A stretch of DNA of 12,096 nucleotides from Gemmatimonadota bacterium. Its GTDB lineage: Bacteria; Gemmatimonadota; Gemmatimonadetes; Gemmatimonadales; GWC2-71-9. Below, one piece after another: positions 1 to 9,030 of this stretch (position 1 is its first letter; each line of letters begins with the position of its first letter). The notes beneath the pieces were generated by a model. That model worked only from the letters and a program-made list of their open reading frames with translations. It did no database searches and was not told the DNA's origin. The stretch spans positions 1 to 12,096 of the forward strand of contig JBDHAB010000070.1 in assembly GCA_039588295.1 (NCBI GenBank). The letters are read 5' to 3'. Made by a program: the position numbers and the translations under genes.

Positions 1-370
1 TCACGAACTCGCTCGGTTCGGTCACACCGTAGTCGAGCAGGATACCCACCGTCGTGTACTGGAACTTGAAGTAGGTGACCTCGCCGCTCTCGGTGTACTG
101 GACTTCGATCTTGTAGCCCATACTGCTGAATTCACGGTCCAGCATGATGAGATCTCTGAACTCCGTACTCTCGATCGACATGAACGGCGCGACCTCATCA
201 GCCTTCATCTTCTCGTACAGCTGGTGTACTTCGCTCTTGGGCATTCCCAAGTAAAAGCCTCTGATCTTGAGACCTTGGCTCGCCGGAGCGTCTTCCTGGG
301 CCCTGACGGTACCGGCCAGCAAGGTCACTCCAACGAGGCCAAGCAGCGCTATGGTTGCTCCGCGTCTCAT
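1..370 (-). CDS. Exported hypothetical protein, 3'-partial (not in the ORF track)
   Basis: Translated by hand. ATG at 370 is preceded by GGAGGAGG. The protein reads MRRGATIALLGLVGVTLLAGTVRA|QEDAPASQGLKIRGFYLGMPKSEV..., with a Sec-type signal peptide, and stays open to the window edge. Confidence 0.85.
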   Translation of the reverse strand, partial: MRRGATIALLGLVGVTLLAGTVRAQEDAPASQGLKIRGFYLGMPKSEVHQLYEKMKADEVAPFMSIESTEFRDLIMLDREFSSMGYKIEVQYTESGEVTYFKFQYTTVGILLDYGVTEPSEFV

Positions 371-402
371 CTGTTCCTCCTCCGGCGTACGGCTGAGGGC
401 GG

Positions 403-1347
403 CTACCCGAGCACCTTCGCCGGGTTTATCAGTCCCAATCCGGTGAGCGGGTCTCGCTCTAGCTCGCCTAGATCAGTTGCTCCGACGGTCAACGCCGTCC
501 GCAGCGCCGCTGGCTTGAGTGGCGGCTTGCCCTCCGCTTTCCGCAGCGCCAGCAGCAGCGCGGCCACGCCACATGCGAATGGGGCGGCCATCGATGTGCC
601 GCTCGTGACGGCCCATACATCGGGCGGAAAGGTCGAGAGGATCTCGCCGCCCGGTGCCACGAGATCGATCTCGCGTCCAACGGCGGTGTCGAGACCGGCT
701 TCGACGTTGCCATCGGCATCCCGCGTCACGTAACCGACTGCGATCGTCTCTGGATACGCGGCCGGAAAGGCCACGCTGCCCTCGATGGGCCCGGTGTTGC
801 CAGCGGCGCAGATGGTCGCGATGCCCGCGTCCACGGCTTCGACGATCGCTGTGCGGACCTTGGGCGTTTTGACTGCGCTCTGCAGGCTCAAGCAGATCAG
901 ATCTGCCTCCAGTTCGATGCACCACCGGATGGCGCCGGCCACGGCCACCTCGGTGATGGGCTCTCGCGGCCGTCGCAGCACTTTCGCATTGAGCAGGCTC
1001 ACCAACGGTGCGACGCCCGTGATTCCCTTTCCGTCCACACGGGCACCAATGATACCGGCCACATGTGTGCCGTGACCCACCTCGTCAGCGATGCCAGCTG
1101 GACTGCCGCTGAAGTCTTGGCTGTCGATCACCGCGTCGCCAAGATCCGGATGCGCCGTAGCCACGCCAGTATCGACCACGCCGACCAGCACGTCTCCCCC
1201 ACCGGTCAGATGCCAGAGATCCGACACCTCGAGGAACTCGAGCCCCCAATCGACCCGCTCGGGCTGCATCGAGATGTCGATCACGTCGAACGGCGGGACA
1301 GTGAAGGCCGGCCTCAGTACGCGTTTCCGCGGGCGTAGCGTGGCCAT
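403..1347 (-). CDS. S8 family subtilisin-like serine peptidase, no signal peptide or large pro-domain
   Basis: Catalytic motifs VGVVDTGV (Asp), GHGTHVAG (His), AAGN (oxyanion Asn) and SGTSMAAP (Ser). The ATG overlaps the upstream stop (TGATG). Confidence 0.95.
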   Translation of the reverse strand: MATLRPRKRVLRPAFTVPPFDVIDISMQPERVDWGLEFLEVSDLWHLTGGGDVLVGVVDTGVATAHPDLGDAVIDSQDFSGSPAGIADEVGHGTHVAGIIGARVDGKGITGVAPLVSLLNAKVLRRPREPITEVAVAGAIRWCIELEADLICLSLQSAVKTPKVRTAIVEAVDAGIATICAAGNTGPIEGSVAFPAAYPETIAVGYVTRDADGNVEAGLDTAVGREIDLVAPGGEILSTFPPDVWAVTSGTSMAAPFACGVAALLLALRKAEGKPPLKPAALRTALTVGATDLGELERDPLTGLGLINPAKVLG

Positions 1348-3206
1348 CAGAAGCGGAACAGGGTGAGGTCGACACCGATGAAGCCGACCACCCGCAGCGC
1401 ATTTCGCTCCACGGTTCCAGCATCGCCTTCCACTGCGCGCAGATTAGGGGCATACTCCACGCCAAACCCGATGGCCACCGGATAGCGTCCGGTTATTCCT
1501 AGCGTGACCCATACCCCCGGCGCAAAGATGTGTTGGAGTCCAAACTCGGGTTCGCTGCTGACGGCCAGCGTGTCCGTGGCCGTCTCCGCATCCAGACCGC
1601 CGAGCCGGAGACTCGCCAATGTACCGACGTTCAGCATCGACGCCATGATGCCGAGGGATGCGTCTCCCAACCCAAAGGACAGCTCGAGGCCCACCGGAAC
1701 GAACATTCCTGCAAACTCACCCTTGACGCTCATGTCCGGCACCACATCCTGCACCCACTCCACGCCACCCGCCACGCCCACGTAGCTGACCACCGAGACC
1801 CGGACGGCGCCACTTCGACGGCGCTCGCGGAATGAGCCCACGGGGTCCGCCCAAGCTTCCAGCGCGTGCCTCACGCCTTCGCTGCTGCTCGCATCGGCCA
1901 GTGCAGCCGCCAGGGCCACGACGCGCTTGAGTTTGACAAGTGCCTTCCCTGCGTCGCCCTCCTTTTCGGGGATGGCGCTTACGACCACGAGGAGCAGCTG
2001 CCCGTGGTCACGATCCTGGAGCATACGGAGCAGGCCGCGCGCCGTTGCCAACGCCCGTTCGGCACGGGGACGCACGTCGGGCGGGACTAGTGCTCCGGCG
2101 ATGTCGAGCGCCTCACTGACGGCCCGAAGCACATCGAACGATGTGGCATTGTTTCTCGATTGTTGCGCAAACGACTCGATACTCCTGATTCGCCTGTAGG
2201 CATTCAGGATGCGGTCGACCGTATCGTTCGCGGAGTCGACCAAGTTGCGGAGGCCATCGGCTTCGAGGTCGTAGAGCAAGATTGTCAGGAACACTCTGCG
2301 GGTGGTCTGATTCTCGAGCAGGCGCTCTATGGGTCCCGAGGCAACGTTGCCCACCCACTTCGCGAATTTTGGATGGGCACTGTGGGCGAGTTGTAGTGCC
2401 GACCGTTCGCGAGCCAGCATGCCGATGAGTCGAAAGGCCGTTCTGACATCGTCCTGGCCGAGCTGGTCACGGGACAGGTTTGCGAGTTTGGCGGCGCTCT
2501 CCTCGAAGGGGACCCCGCTCATCACGTCAGTGGCGCGTTGCGCGATGAGGGAAACTGCCTGCACTTCCCATGGTACGCCGCCCGACCAGAAGCTCAGGCC
2601 CGGGTCAGCGACGTTAACTGGCAATTTCCGGAGATCTTCCTCGCCCGCGACCCGCAGCGCCGGGATCAACGTGCGAAACGTGAGGTTGTCGGCGGCGCGG
2701 ACCATCGCGTGTAGGTTGGGAAACAAGGTCGCCAGATCGCTGTTGTTCTCGAACAGGCGGGCGAGGTCGCGGAACACGGACTGAACAACCTCATCCCGCG
2801 CTCGCTGCAGGAGAAAGTCAGTCAGGCCGCTGACGACGGTCGCGCCCAGCGGCCCTGTGCCGAGCCCCGGGGCGCTTGCCGTCTTGAGCGACGCTTCTTC
2901 CAGGCTCTGCTCGAGAGAATCTCGCACTATGGTATCGATTCCGTCATAGATGGATTGAACCGAGCTAGGGCTCAGTGGGAGGCTGCCGATTCGCGGAACC
3001 GCCTCAAGACGCACGCTATCGAGGATGGTGGCGATCTGGCGGGCCGGCGCCTCGGCGGCGCAGACGGGCCCAGTGGCACACCATCGGCTGATGACGAGGC
3101 TCTGGAACGTTCGGTAGGCGAGCGAGGAACTTGGCGTCGTCTGGCCCTGGGCGGCGACAGGCAATCCAGCGACTGCGAGCAGGAACACCATGATCAATCG
3201 TGGCAC
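1347..3206 (-). CDS. Large exported hypothetical protein: helical N-terminal region, beta-rich C-terminus ending in Phe (possibly outer membrane)
   Basis: 619-aa ORF with a GTG start after GGAGAG and a signal peptide (MPRLIMVFLLAVAGLPVAA|Q). The C-terminus has alternating hydrophobic, Gly-rich strands ending ...VGFIGVDLTLFRF. Confidence 0.8.
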   Translation of the reverse strand: MPRLIMVFLLAVAGLPVAAQGQTTPSSSLAYRTFQSLVISRWCATGPVCAAEAPARQIATILDSVRLEAVPRIGSLPLSPSSVQSIYDGIDTIVRDSLEQSLEEASLKTASAPGLGTGPLGATVVSGLTDFLLQRARDEVVQSVFRDLARLFENNSDLATLFPNLHAMVRAADNLTFRTLIPALRVAGEEDLRKLPVNVADPGLSFWSGGVPWEVQAVSLIAQRATDVMSGVPFEESAAKLANLSRDQLGQDDVRTAFRLIGMLARERSALQLAHSAHPKFAKWVGNVASGPIERLLENQTTRRVFLTILLYDLEADGLRNLVDSANDTVDRILNAYRRIRSIESFAQQSRNNATSFDVLRAVSEALDIAGALVPPDVRPRAERALATARGLLRMLQDRDHGQLLLVVVSAIPEKEGDAGKALVKLKRVVALAAALADASSSEGVRHALEAWADPVGSFRERRRSGAVRVSVVSYVGVAGGVEWVQDVVPDMSVKGEFAGMFVPVGLELSFGLGDASLGIMASMLNVGTLASLRLGGLDAETATDTLAVSSEPEFGLQHIFAPGVWVTLGITGRYPVAIGFGVEYAPNLRAVEGDAGTVERNALRVVGFIGVDLTLFRF

Positions 3207-3639
3207 GGGCCGTCACTCTCCAAATGGGACAGAACGGTCGGAGGAACGGACTGAGAGACTCAACCGCGCTTCGCGACGGAGGATCCTGTCGGTGCCACAG
3301 GCCGCAAGAGCCGCCAGCACCAACGGCGCGGAAACGGCAAGAGTACAGTGTTACATATGCTCACTCGCAGCCGTCCAAAGGACCTGTCATCAGCTGCACG
3401 CGACACGCTGGCTGGCGAGCGCCCGCAGGCCGGGGTGTGCTGCACGAGCTGCAGGTCCGGCTGACAGTGTCCATATGTTGCCTTTCAGCCTCACAGCGAA
3501 ACTGCGGCTCAACGGCACCTAGGGCAAGCACGACAAACAGACCGTTGTGATCCCCTTTTGGCCACCGGCAGGCATGGCTCGGAAGCTGAATGAATTAGAG
3601 GTGCATCCAACCCCGAGCGCTTCCTCGCTAGTCGGGGCT

Positions 3640-4222
3640 GTACCTTCCGATAAGCTTGAACTTGAGGCAGACACCCATGCGCACATCCCTCGGAACGATC
3701 CTCGCAGGCGTTTCCCTGGCGGCCACATCCGCGGCCGCCCAGGAATCCCCCTACACCCAGCACACTCAGCGCGAGATCAAGGCGCTCTCGGCCGAAGAGG
3801 TGGAGGGCTACCTGGCGGGAGAAGGAATGGGCATGGCGCTGGCGGCGGAATTGAACTCCTACCCCGGCCCCAAACACGTGCTGGAACTGGCCGACTCGCT
3901 GGAGCTGAGCGACGAGCAACGAGCCGAGACCCAGGCGGTGTTCGACCAGATGAAAGCCGAAGCAATTCGGCTCGGCCAGGAGATCGTGGAGCGGGAGCGG
4001 CGGCTCGACGGGTTGTTCGCCTCAGGAGCGATCACCGAGGAGACCCTCGAGGCGCTGGTGACCGAAATCGGCGTTCTCAACGGCGAGCTGCGCCACGCCC
4101 ACTTGAGAGCCCACCTGGCGGTGAAACGGCTGCTCTTGGCCGAGCAGGCGGCCCGGTACGACGCCTTGAGGGGGTACGGAGAAGGGCATCGGGGAGAGCA
4201 TGAGCACGGGGAGCACCGGTAG
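3640..4222 (+). repeat. Direct repeat copy 1 (leader plus gene); partner at 9787-10373
   Basis: Similarity starts at GTACCTTCCGA and ends at the stop codon. 156 of 181 aa are identical by manual alignment. Confidence 0.95.
3677..4222 (+). CDS. Spy/CpxP-like periplasmic helical protein with His-rich tail, copy 1
   Basis: ATG 3677 chosen by alignment with copy 2. Signal peptide ...SAAA|Q; LSDEQ and LLAEQ resemble LTxxQ motifs; GMGMALAAELNSYPGP block; tail HRGEHEHGEHR. Confidence 0.85.
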   Translation: MRTSLGTILAGVSLAATSAAAQESPYTQHTQREIKALSAEEVEGYLAGEGMGMALAAELNSYPGPKHVLELADSLELSDEQRAETQAVFDQMKAEAIRLGQEIVERERRLDGLFASGAITEETLEALVTEIGVLNGELRHAHLRAHLAVKRLLLAEQAARYDALRGYGEGHRGEHEHGEHR

Positions 4223-4241
4223 GAGGCATGCTATTGGGCAA

Positions 4242-4271
4242 CACGACGCCCAGCGTGTGCCGGGCGTTGTG
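4242..4271. terminator. Hairpin between convergent genes, possible terminator
   Basis: CACGACGCCC (4242-4251) pairs with GGGCGTTGTG (4262-4271) with one G.U pair. There is no clear U tract. Confidence 0.4.
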
Positions 4272-4351
4272 GCTCGTTGGGCTCCGCACTCCCGCGAGGT
4301 TCAGTTGATGCAGAGAGGTAGTGGGGTGGTTTGATTGACGGGGGCCCTGGC

Positions 4352-5386
4352 TCATGTGGGACGGTCGTCTGATGGTGACAGTCTCTTTCGCAGCGTCTCG
4401 AGTTGGTCATGCACCTCGGCCGGCGTGGTCAGATCGTCGGCGATCGCGGCGATCTCTTCCGCCTCCCTCCACGCCAACTCCAGGAGCCACAACTCTCCCT
4501 CCAGCGCGCAACGCTCGCTCTCTTCGTTGACGGCCATCTCGACGGCCAGCCGCACGTCCGCCGGCAACCCGGGCAGGCTGTTGAGTGCACCGGGTCGGGT
4601 GGGGTGCGCGGCGAAGGCCGTTGCCGCTCGCACGTATTGCAGGGGATCGTCGAACACCTCAAGGTGTTTCACCGCCCGTCGCACCGTGGAAGCGGTGCCT
4701 CCGGTGCCGTTGATGGTGGGAAGAATGAGGCTCATGGCGTGGTAGGCCTCGTGACCGTCCAACAGGGCCTTGCCCCCGGTGTGCGGCAGCTCCAAACGCC
4801 ATCCCTCTGCGCGGCCGGCGTCGATGTTCAGGCGGCTTTCGGCCAGGTGAGCGTGGCGGACGGTGACCACGTTGCCCGGAGATAACGGGACTCTCGCGAC
4901 GAGCTGCCGCGCGCGTCGATCGGCGGCCCATCGGCTGAAGGCTCGATACGCCCAGAACCCGCCCAGGGACGCCGCGCCCATCGTCGCGGCGCCTAACGCG
5001 GCCACCCCAACACCCACGGCCACCGCGGCTCCAGAGGCGAGGTTTCGCCGCCGTCGCCGGCCGAACTGATCGCCGTAACGCCATGCGGCAAACTCCGGCC
5101 GCAACGGCTCGCCGATACGCACCAGCTCCAACCCCTCATCCAAGCGCGCCAACCCGATGTGCTCCGAGGTCACGCGCTTGCGCGCCTCACGAAATCGGCG
5201 GTCGCAATCCTCGACCGCTTCCCAGCGCTGGTCCAGCGGCGTGAGGTTCCAGCGCTCGCAGCGCGCGCACACCACCCAGAGCCGGCCGTGCGCCGCGTCG
5301 AACGCGAGGCGACGGCCCATGGGAAACGCCTCGATCACATCGTTGGCACCGAGGGGATGGGAGCAAAACAGACAAGTGCTGTACAT
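4352..5386 (-). CDS. Conserved hypothetical protein with N-terminal Zn-ribbon (CxxC...CxxC) and a central hydrophobic segment
   Basis: MYSTCLFC...VVCARCERWNL; poly-Arg followed by an Ala/Gly hydrophobic stretch; acidic C-terminal helix AWREAEEIAAIADDL. The start was moved from 5482 to ATG 5386, where the recognisable protein begins. Confidence 0.85.
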   Translation of the reverse strand: MYSTCLFCSHPLGANDVIEAFPMGRRLAFDAAHGRLWVVCARCERWNLTPLDQRWEAVEDCDRRFREARKRVTSEHIGLARLDEGLELVRIGEPLRPEFAAWRYGDQFGRRRRRNLASGAAVAVGVGVAALGAATMGAASLGGFWAYRAFSRWAADRRARQLVARVPLSPGNVVTVRHAHLAESRLNIDAGRAEGWRLELPHTGGKALLDGHEAYHAMSLILPTINGTGGTASTVRRAVKHLEVFDDPLQYVRAATAFAAHPTRPGALNSLPGLPADVRLAVEMAVNEESERCALEGELWLLELAWREAEEIAAIADDLTTPAEVHDQLETLRKRLSPSDDRPT

Positions 5387-5394
5387 CCCGAAGC

Positions 5395-5400
5395 ATAGTA
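5395..5400 (-). promoter_or_regulatory. Candidate -10 box for a leaderless transcript
   Basis: TACTAT lies 8 nt upstream of ATG 5386, and no Shine-Dalgarno sequence is present. Confidence 0.45.
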
Positions 5401-5690
5401 GCGGCGCGGCGCTAGATGTGCCGCCCCCTTCGAGATGCTCTATCCGTTTGATGGTGGCGCAGCCGGCCGGCGTGCTCGCCACACAAGCCGGTGTTGTTGA
5501 TCAATCTCGGATTGGCACTCCGTGGATAGCACGCTCGGCCATGCCGGCCGACTAAGCTGCCGCGTGCCCACCTGATTGAGGAAGGTGAGCTCGGTTGCCT
5601 GGACGGAACCGAGGTTCGATCCACATCCTTCATACATGACTATCATTCCCGCGCGCAGCTAACAGCATTGTTGCATAAGGAGACGAAGCG

Positions 5691-6320
5691 GTGACAGCAA
5701 CGTTTTGGGACAAACGTGCCCAGAAGTACAACACCGAAATTGAAAAGCATGATACCGTCTATAGGCAGACAATTGACAGCACGAGAGCGCTCCTATCCAA
5801 GTCAGATTTCGTGCTAGATCTTGGCTGTGCATCCGGCGAGTTCGGCCTTGATATTGCCCCCAGCGTTCACCGAGTCCATGGGATCGACACGTCGCCCAGG
5901 ATGATCGCTCTTGCTTCGGAGAAGGCGCGTAGCAGCGGAGTGGACAATATCAGGTTTGACCAGGCTGATGTGTTCGACCGATCGCTAGATGAAAACAGCT
6001 ATACCGGGGTTCTCGCCTTCAGCATCTTGCACTTGGTGGAAGACATCCGCGCCGTCTTGCGCCGCGTCAATGAGCTCTTGCCAACTGGCGGGCTGCTCAT
6101 CTCGGAAACACCGTGCTTGGGCGAAAGGGGCTTTCTCTTCAAATTGTTCGTTGGCTTCGCCCAGAAGCTGAAGATCGCGCCGCCAATTCTCAGCCTGACC
6201 GTTGCCGAGCTTGAAGCACAGATTGCAAGAGCCGGCTTTGACATTACTGAGTCAAAGGAATGGGACTCGAAGAAAGCGCTTCGTTGGATCGTCGCCAGAA
6301 AACGACAACCTTCGAACTGA
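5691..6320 (+). CDS. Class I SAM-dependent methyltransferase
   Basis: VLDLGCASG motif I, GIDTSPRMI, ILHLV and LPTGGLLI. AAGGAG lies upstream of the GTG start. Confidence 0.93.
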   Translation: MTATFWDKRAQKYNTEIEKHDTVYRQTIDSTRALLSKSDFVLDLGCASGEFGLDIAPSVHRVHGIDTSPRMIALASEKARSSGVDNIRFDQADVFDRSLDENSYTGVLAFSILHLVEDIRAVLRRVNELLPTGGLLISETPCLGERGFLFKLFVGFAQKLKIAPPILSLTVAELEAQIARAGFDITESKEWDSKKALRWIVARKRQPSN

Positions 6321-6381
6321 AGGAGATTCATCACTGTGAACAGGAGGCCGCACGGGGTGCTAGGCCCCCGAGAGCGATGCC

Positions 6382-6410
6382 ACTTAACACGCGCATGGAT
6401 CTCGAGCGCG
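6382..6410 (+). other. Remnant left half of an attC-like site
   Basis: ACTTAAC fits RYYYAAC and is followed by ACGCGCATGGATCT. Positions 6385-6402 match 11963-11980 at 17 of 18 nt. No complementary right half was found. Confidence 0.55.
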
Positions 6411-6510
6411 TACCTTCCAAAGGAACTTGAATGTTGATGTGCCAAGCGTTGATGGGGCACGCGTGGGTCGGCTCTTCAGCAGCCAGGCTGCCATGGAACT
6501 CGGCAGCATG

Positions 6511-7524
6511 ATGAAGGCAATCGTCCAAGACAGGTACGGCCCGCCTGACGAAGTTCTCCAGCTCCGAGAAGTTGACATACCCGTGGTTGGCGATGACGAG
6601 GTGCTGGTGCGCGTTCGTGCGGCCTCTGTCCATCCGGACGTGTGGCATGCCGTGACCGGCCGGCCTTACGTGCTGCGCTTGATGGGGGCCGGGGTGTTGC
6701 GACCAAAGGACCCCGTTCCGGGAACGGATGTGGCGGGGATCGTCGAGTCGGTCGGCAAGAACGTTACGCGGTTCCAGCCCGGCGACGAGGTGTTTGGCGA
6801 GACACGCGCAGCATTCCAGTGGCGGAACGGTGGCGCGTTTGCCGAGTACGTGTCCGTCCCACACGACGTGCTGGCGCTCAAGCCCCAAGGCATCACGTTC
6901 GAACAAGCCGCGGCCGTCCCGACGTCCGGGTTGATCGCGCTGCACAACCTTCAGACCGGTGGGGAGATCCGGCCAGGTCAGCGTGTGCTGATCAACGGGG
7001 CGGGTGGTGGGGTGGGCAGCATAGCCGTGCAGCTCGCCAAGGCGTATGGCGCGCGCGTGACGGGGGTCGACAACACCGAGAAAATGGAAATGGTCCGCTC
7101 ACTCGGCGCCGACCACGTTATTGACTACACCCAGGAGGACTTCACCCAACGTGGCGAGCGTTACGATCTCATCCTGGACGTTGCATCGAACCTCTCGCTC
7201 GCAGCCTGCAAGCGCGCGGTGACACCCAAGGGGATCTACGTTCTCATTGGCCACGATCATTTCGGAGATGCGGCCGGGCGTGTGTTTGGAAGCCTGGCAC
7301 GCTTTCTGAGGCTTGCCGTGCTCTCACGGTTCGTCAAATACTTGCCCGACCTGAACTTCACGATGCCACGCAAGAGAGAAACTATGGCCGTCTTGCGCGA
7401 CTTCCTCGAGGCAGGGAAGCTCACGCCCGTCATCGACAGAACTTTTCCACTGAAGGAAGTGCCTGAGGCCATGCGCTATCTCCAAGGGAGACGGGCTTGC
7501 GGAAAGATCATCATCACCCCCTGA
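6511..7524 (+). CDS. NAD(P)-dependent MDR-family (quinone oxidoreductase-like) dehydrogenase
   Basis: MKAIVQDRYG N-terminus, GTDVAG, Rossmann motif INGAGGGVG and C-terminal GKIII. The start could be 6493, 6508 or 6511. Confidence 0.93.
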   Translation: MKAIVQDRYGPPDEVLQLREVDIPVVGDDEVLVRVRAASVHPDVWHAVTGRPYVLRLMGAGVLRPKDPVPGTDVAGIVESVGKNVTRFQPGDEVFGETRAAFQWRNGGAFAEYVSVPHDVLALKPQGITFEQAAAVPTSGLIALHNLQTGGEIRPGQRVLINGAGGGVGSIAVQLAKAYGARVTGVDNTEKMEMVRSLGADHVIDYTQEDFTQRGERYDLILDVASNLSLAACKRAVTPKGIYVLIGHDHFGDAAGRVFGSLARFLRLAVLSRFVKYLPDLNFTMPRKRETMAVLRDFLEAGKLTPVIDRTFPLKEVPEAMRYLQGRRACGKIIITP

Positions 7525-7684
7525 CCCGAATATTCAGCTTGTGGTTGATAGCGACGTGGATCCCAAGGTTTATCAGGTGTTGCAGCACTACCATCGTGCC
7601 AACAGTATTGGCAGGCGCGGCCCGCGGACGAGGCCTCGCGGGTCATGGGCGAACCGTTGGACCAAGCGTAATCAAGGAGTGGCT

Positions 7685-8752
7685 GTGCAGTCTTTCAGGT
7701 TGCCGGCAGCACGGGTGGGTGGCGCCGTAGCCATGGTCGCAGTCGTCGCCGTCTCGTCCGCGGCCGCCCAGGATCTTCCCACGTGGAGCCTCGGCACCCG
7801 GGGCGTCCAGCTGGACGGTGGAGCCATGCCGTTCTATCGAGTTACCGGCGCGCAGTTCTTGCCGGACGGCTCGATCGCCGTGGCCGACGCCGGGAACGCG
7901 CGCGTCGCGGTCTACGCCCCCTCCGGGAACCTGCTTCGCTCCCTCGGCAGGGAAGGAGACGGCCCCGGTGAGTTCCGGTCGCTGAGCCACCTCTTCGTGT
8001 TCGGCGATACGATTGCCGTTTACGACCAGATCGCCTTGCGATTCACGATCTGGGATGCGATCGACGCCCGACCGCGATCGTTTCGGTATCTGACCTACGG
8101 CGTCGCACCGCCCACCGTGCAGGGGGCGTTTTCGTCCACGGAATACCTGCTGACATCGGTGGAGCGCACCCCGCGAGAGGCGCGCGGTCTGTTCATCGAT
8201 CACGCTGACCTCTTGCGGCACACGCTTGCCGAACCGGAGGCTCAGGTGCTCGGGCGCGGCCCCCACCGATACCTCTACTTTTTCGGGGAGCGCAGCGGGA
8301 CCACGACCTACCGCACACCGTTCTTCGGGGCGACCGCTTACGCCATCGCCGGGGGGACCATCGTTACCGTCCCACTGCATGCGGCACGGATGCGCTTGCT
8401 CGATCCGCGTGACGGACGTGAGGTTGCGGATCTCCAGCTTCCATTGGAGGAGCGAAAGTTCGACCGGCGGGAGATCACTCGGTATCGCGACGCGCTGCTG
8501 GAACGCGCGCATGACGCGGCAACGGCCAGCCGGATCCGCGACGCCTTCGACGGCATCGAGCCGCCAGCGACGGCTCCCACGGTGCGGGACCTGGTCGTCG
8601 TGGGGGAGTTGGTGTGGGTCGAGCGCTTCCCCAAGTTTGGGCAGTCACCGGTGACGTGGGTGATCGTCGATCCGGACGCCCGGCGCGCCATCGCGACAAT
8701 CGAGTTGCCGGCAGGGAGCCGGCCGATGAGTGGACGAGGTGAGTCCGTGCTC
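7685..8752 (+). pseudogene. Exported NHL/6-bladed beta-propeller-like protein, C-terminus cut by the IS110 remnant (frame reads through to 9124)
   Basis: AAGGAG at 7674-7679 precedes GTG 7685. Signal peptide ...SAAA|Q; NHL-like DGSIAVADAGNARVAVY...GREGDGPGEF. After GESVL the sequence is antisense IS110. Confidence 0.75.
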
Positions 8753-9012
8753 CGCGCGAAGTCGCGCACTTGGCGAGGATTCGCCACCACGATCGGCACC
8801 CGCGCCGCCGCGAGCGCTGCGACGACCGGCTGTTCAAACCCGCCCGTCGCCTCACACACCACGAGCACCGACCCGCGACCACCCAGGCGGCCCACGAGTT
8901 CGCTCACCCCGGCGTCATCATTCGCGACATGCCATGTCTCTCCGCTCGGCCGCACCGCCACATCCAGCACCGCCTTCGACACGTCGATCCCCACATACTG
9001 CGTCGCGCTCAT
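8745..9012 (-). pseudogene. Truncated IS110 DEDD recombinase (first 89 aa)
   Basis: YVGIDVSK, VCEATG and ANPRQVRDFARST are present. The expected KTD motif and the C-terminal serine domain are absent. Confidence 0.92.
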
Positions 9013-9030
9013 CGTGCCTCCCCGCGCTCG

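Noticed and set aside
3207..3639. Short ORFs or an ncRNA in the divergent intergenic region
   Set aside because: No RBS or domain support. Only a small hairpin (CCCCGA/TCGGGG, 3611-3637) is visible.
3547..4203. Alternative-frame ORFs repeated at 3547-4203 and 9803-10489
   Set aside because: These are Arg/Gly/Pro-rich shadow frames whose similarity comes from the duplicated real gene.
4236..4282. GGGCAAC...hairpin...GTTGGGC as an attC
   Set aside because: It is only 47 nt, the core boxes are not complementary and the R-L spacers are missing.
8338..8744. C-terminal part of the 224-aa IS110 ORF
   Set aside because: It is antisense read-through of the beta-propeller gene and has no recombinase motifs.
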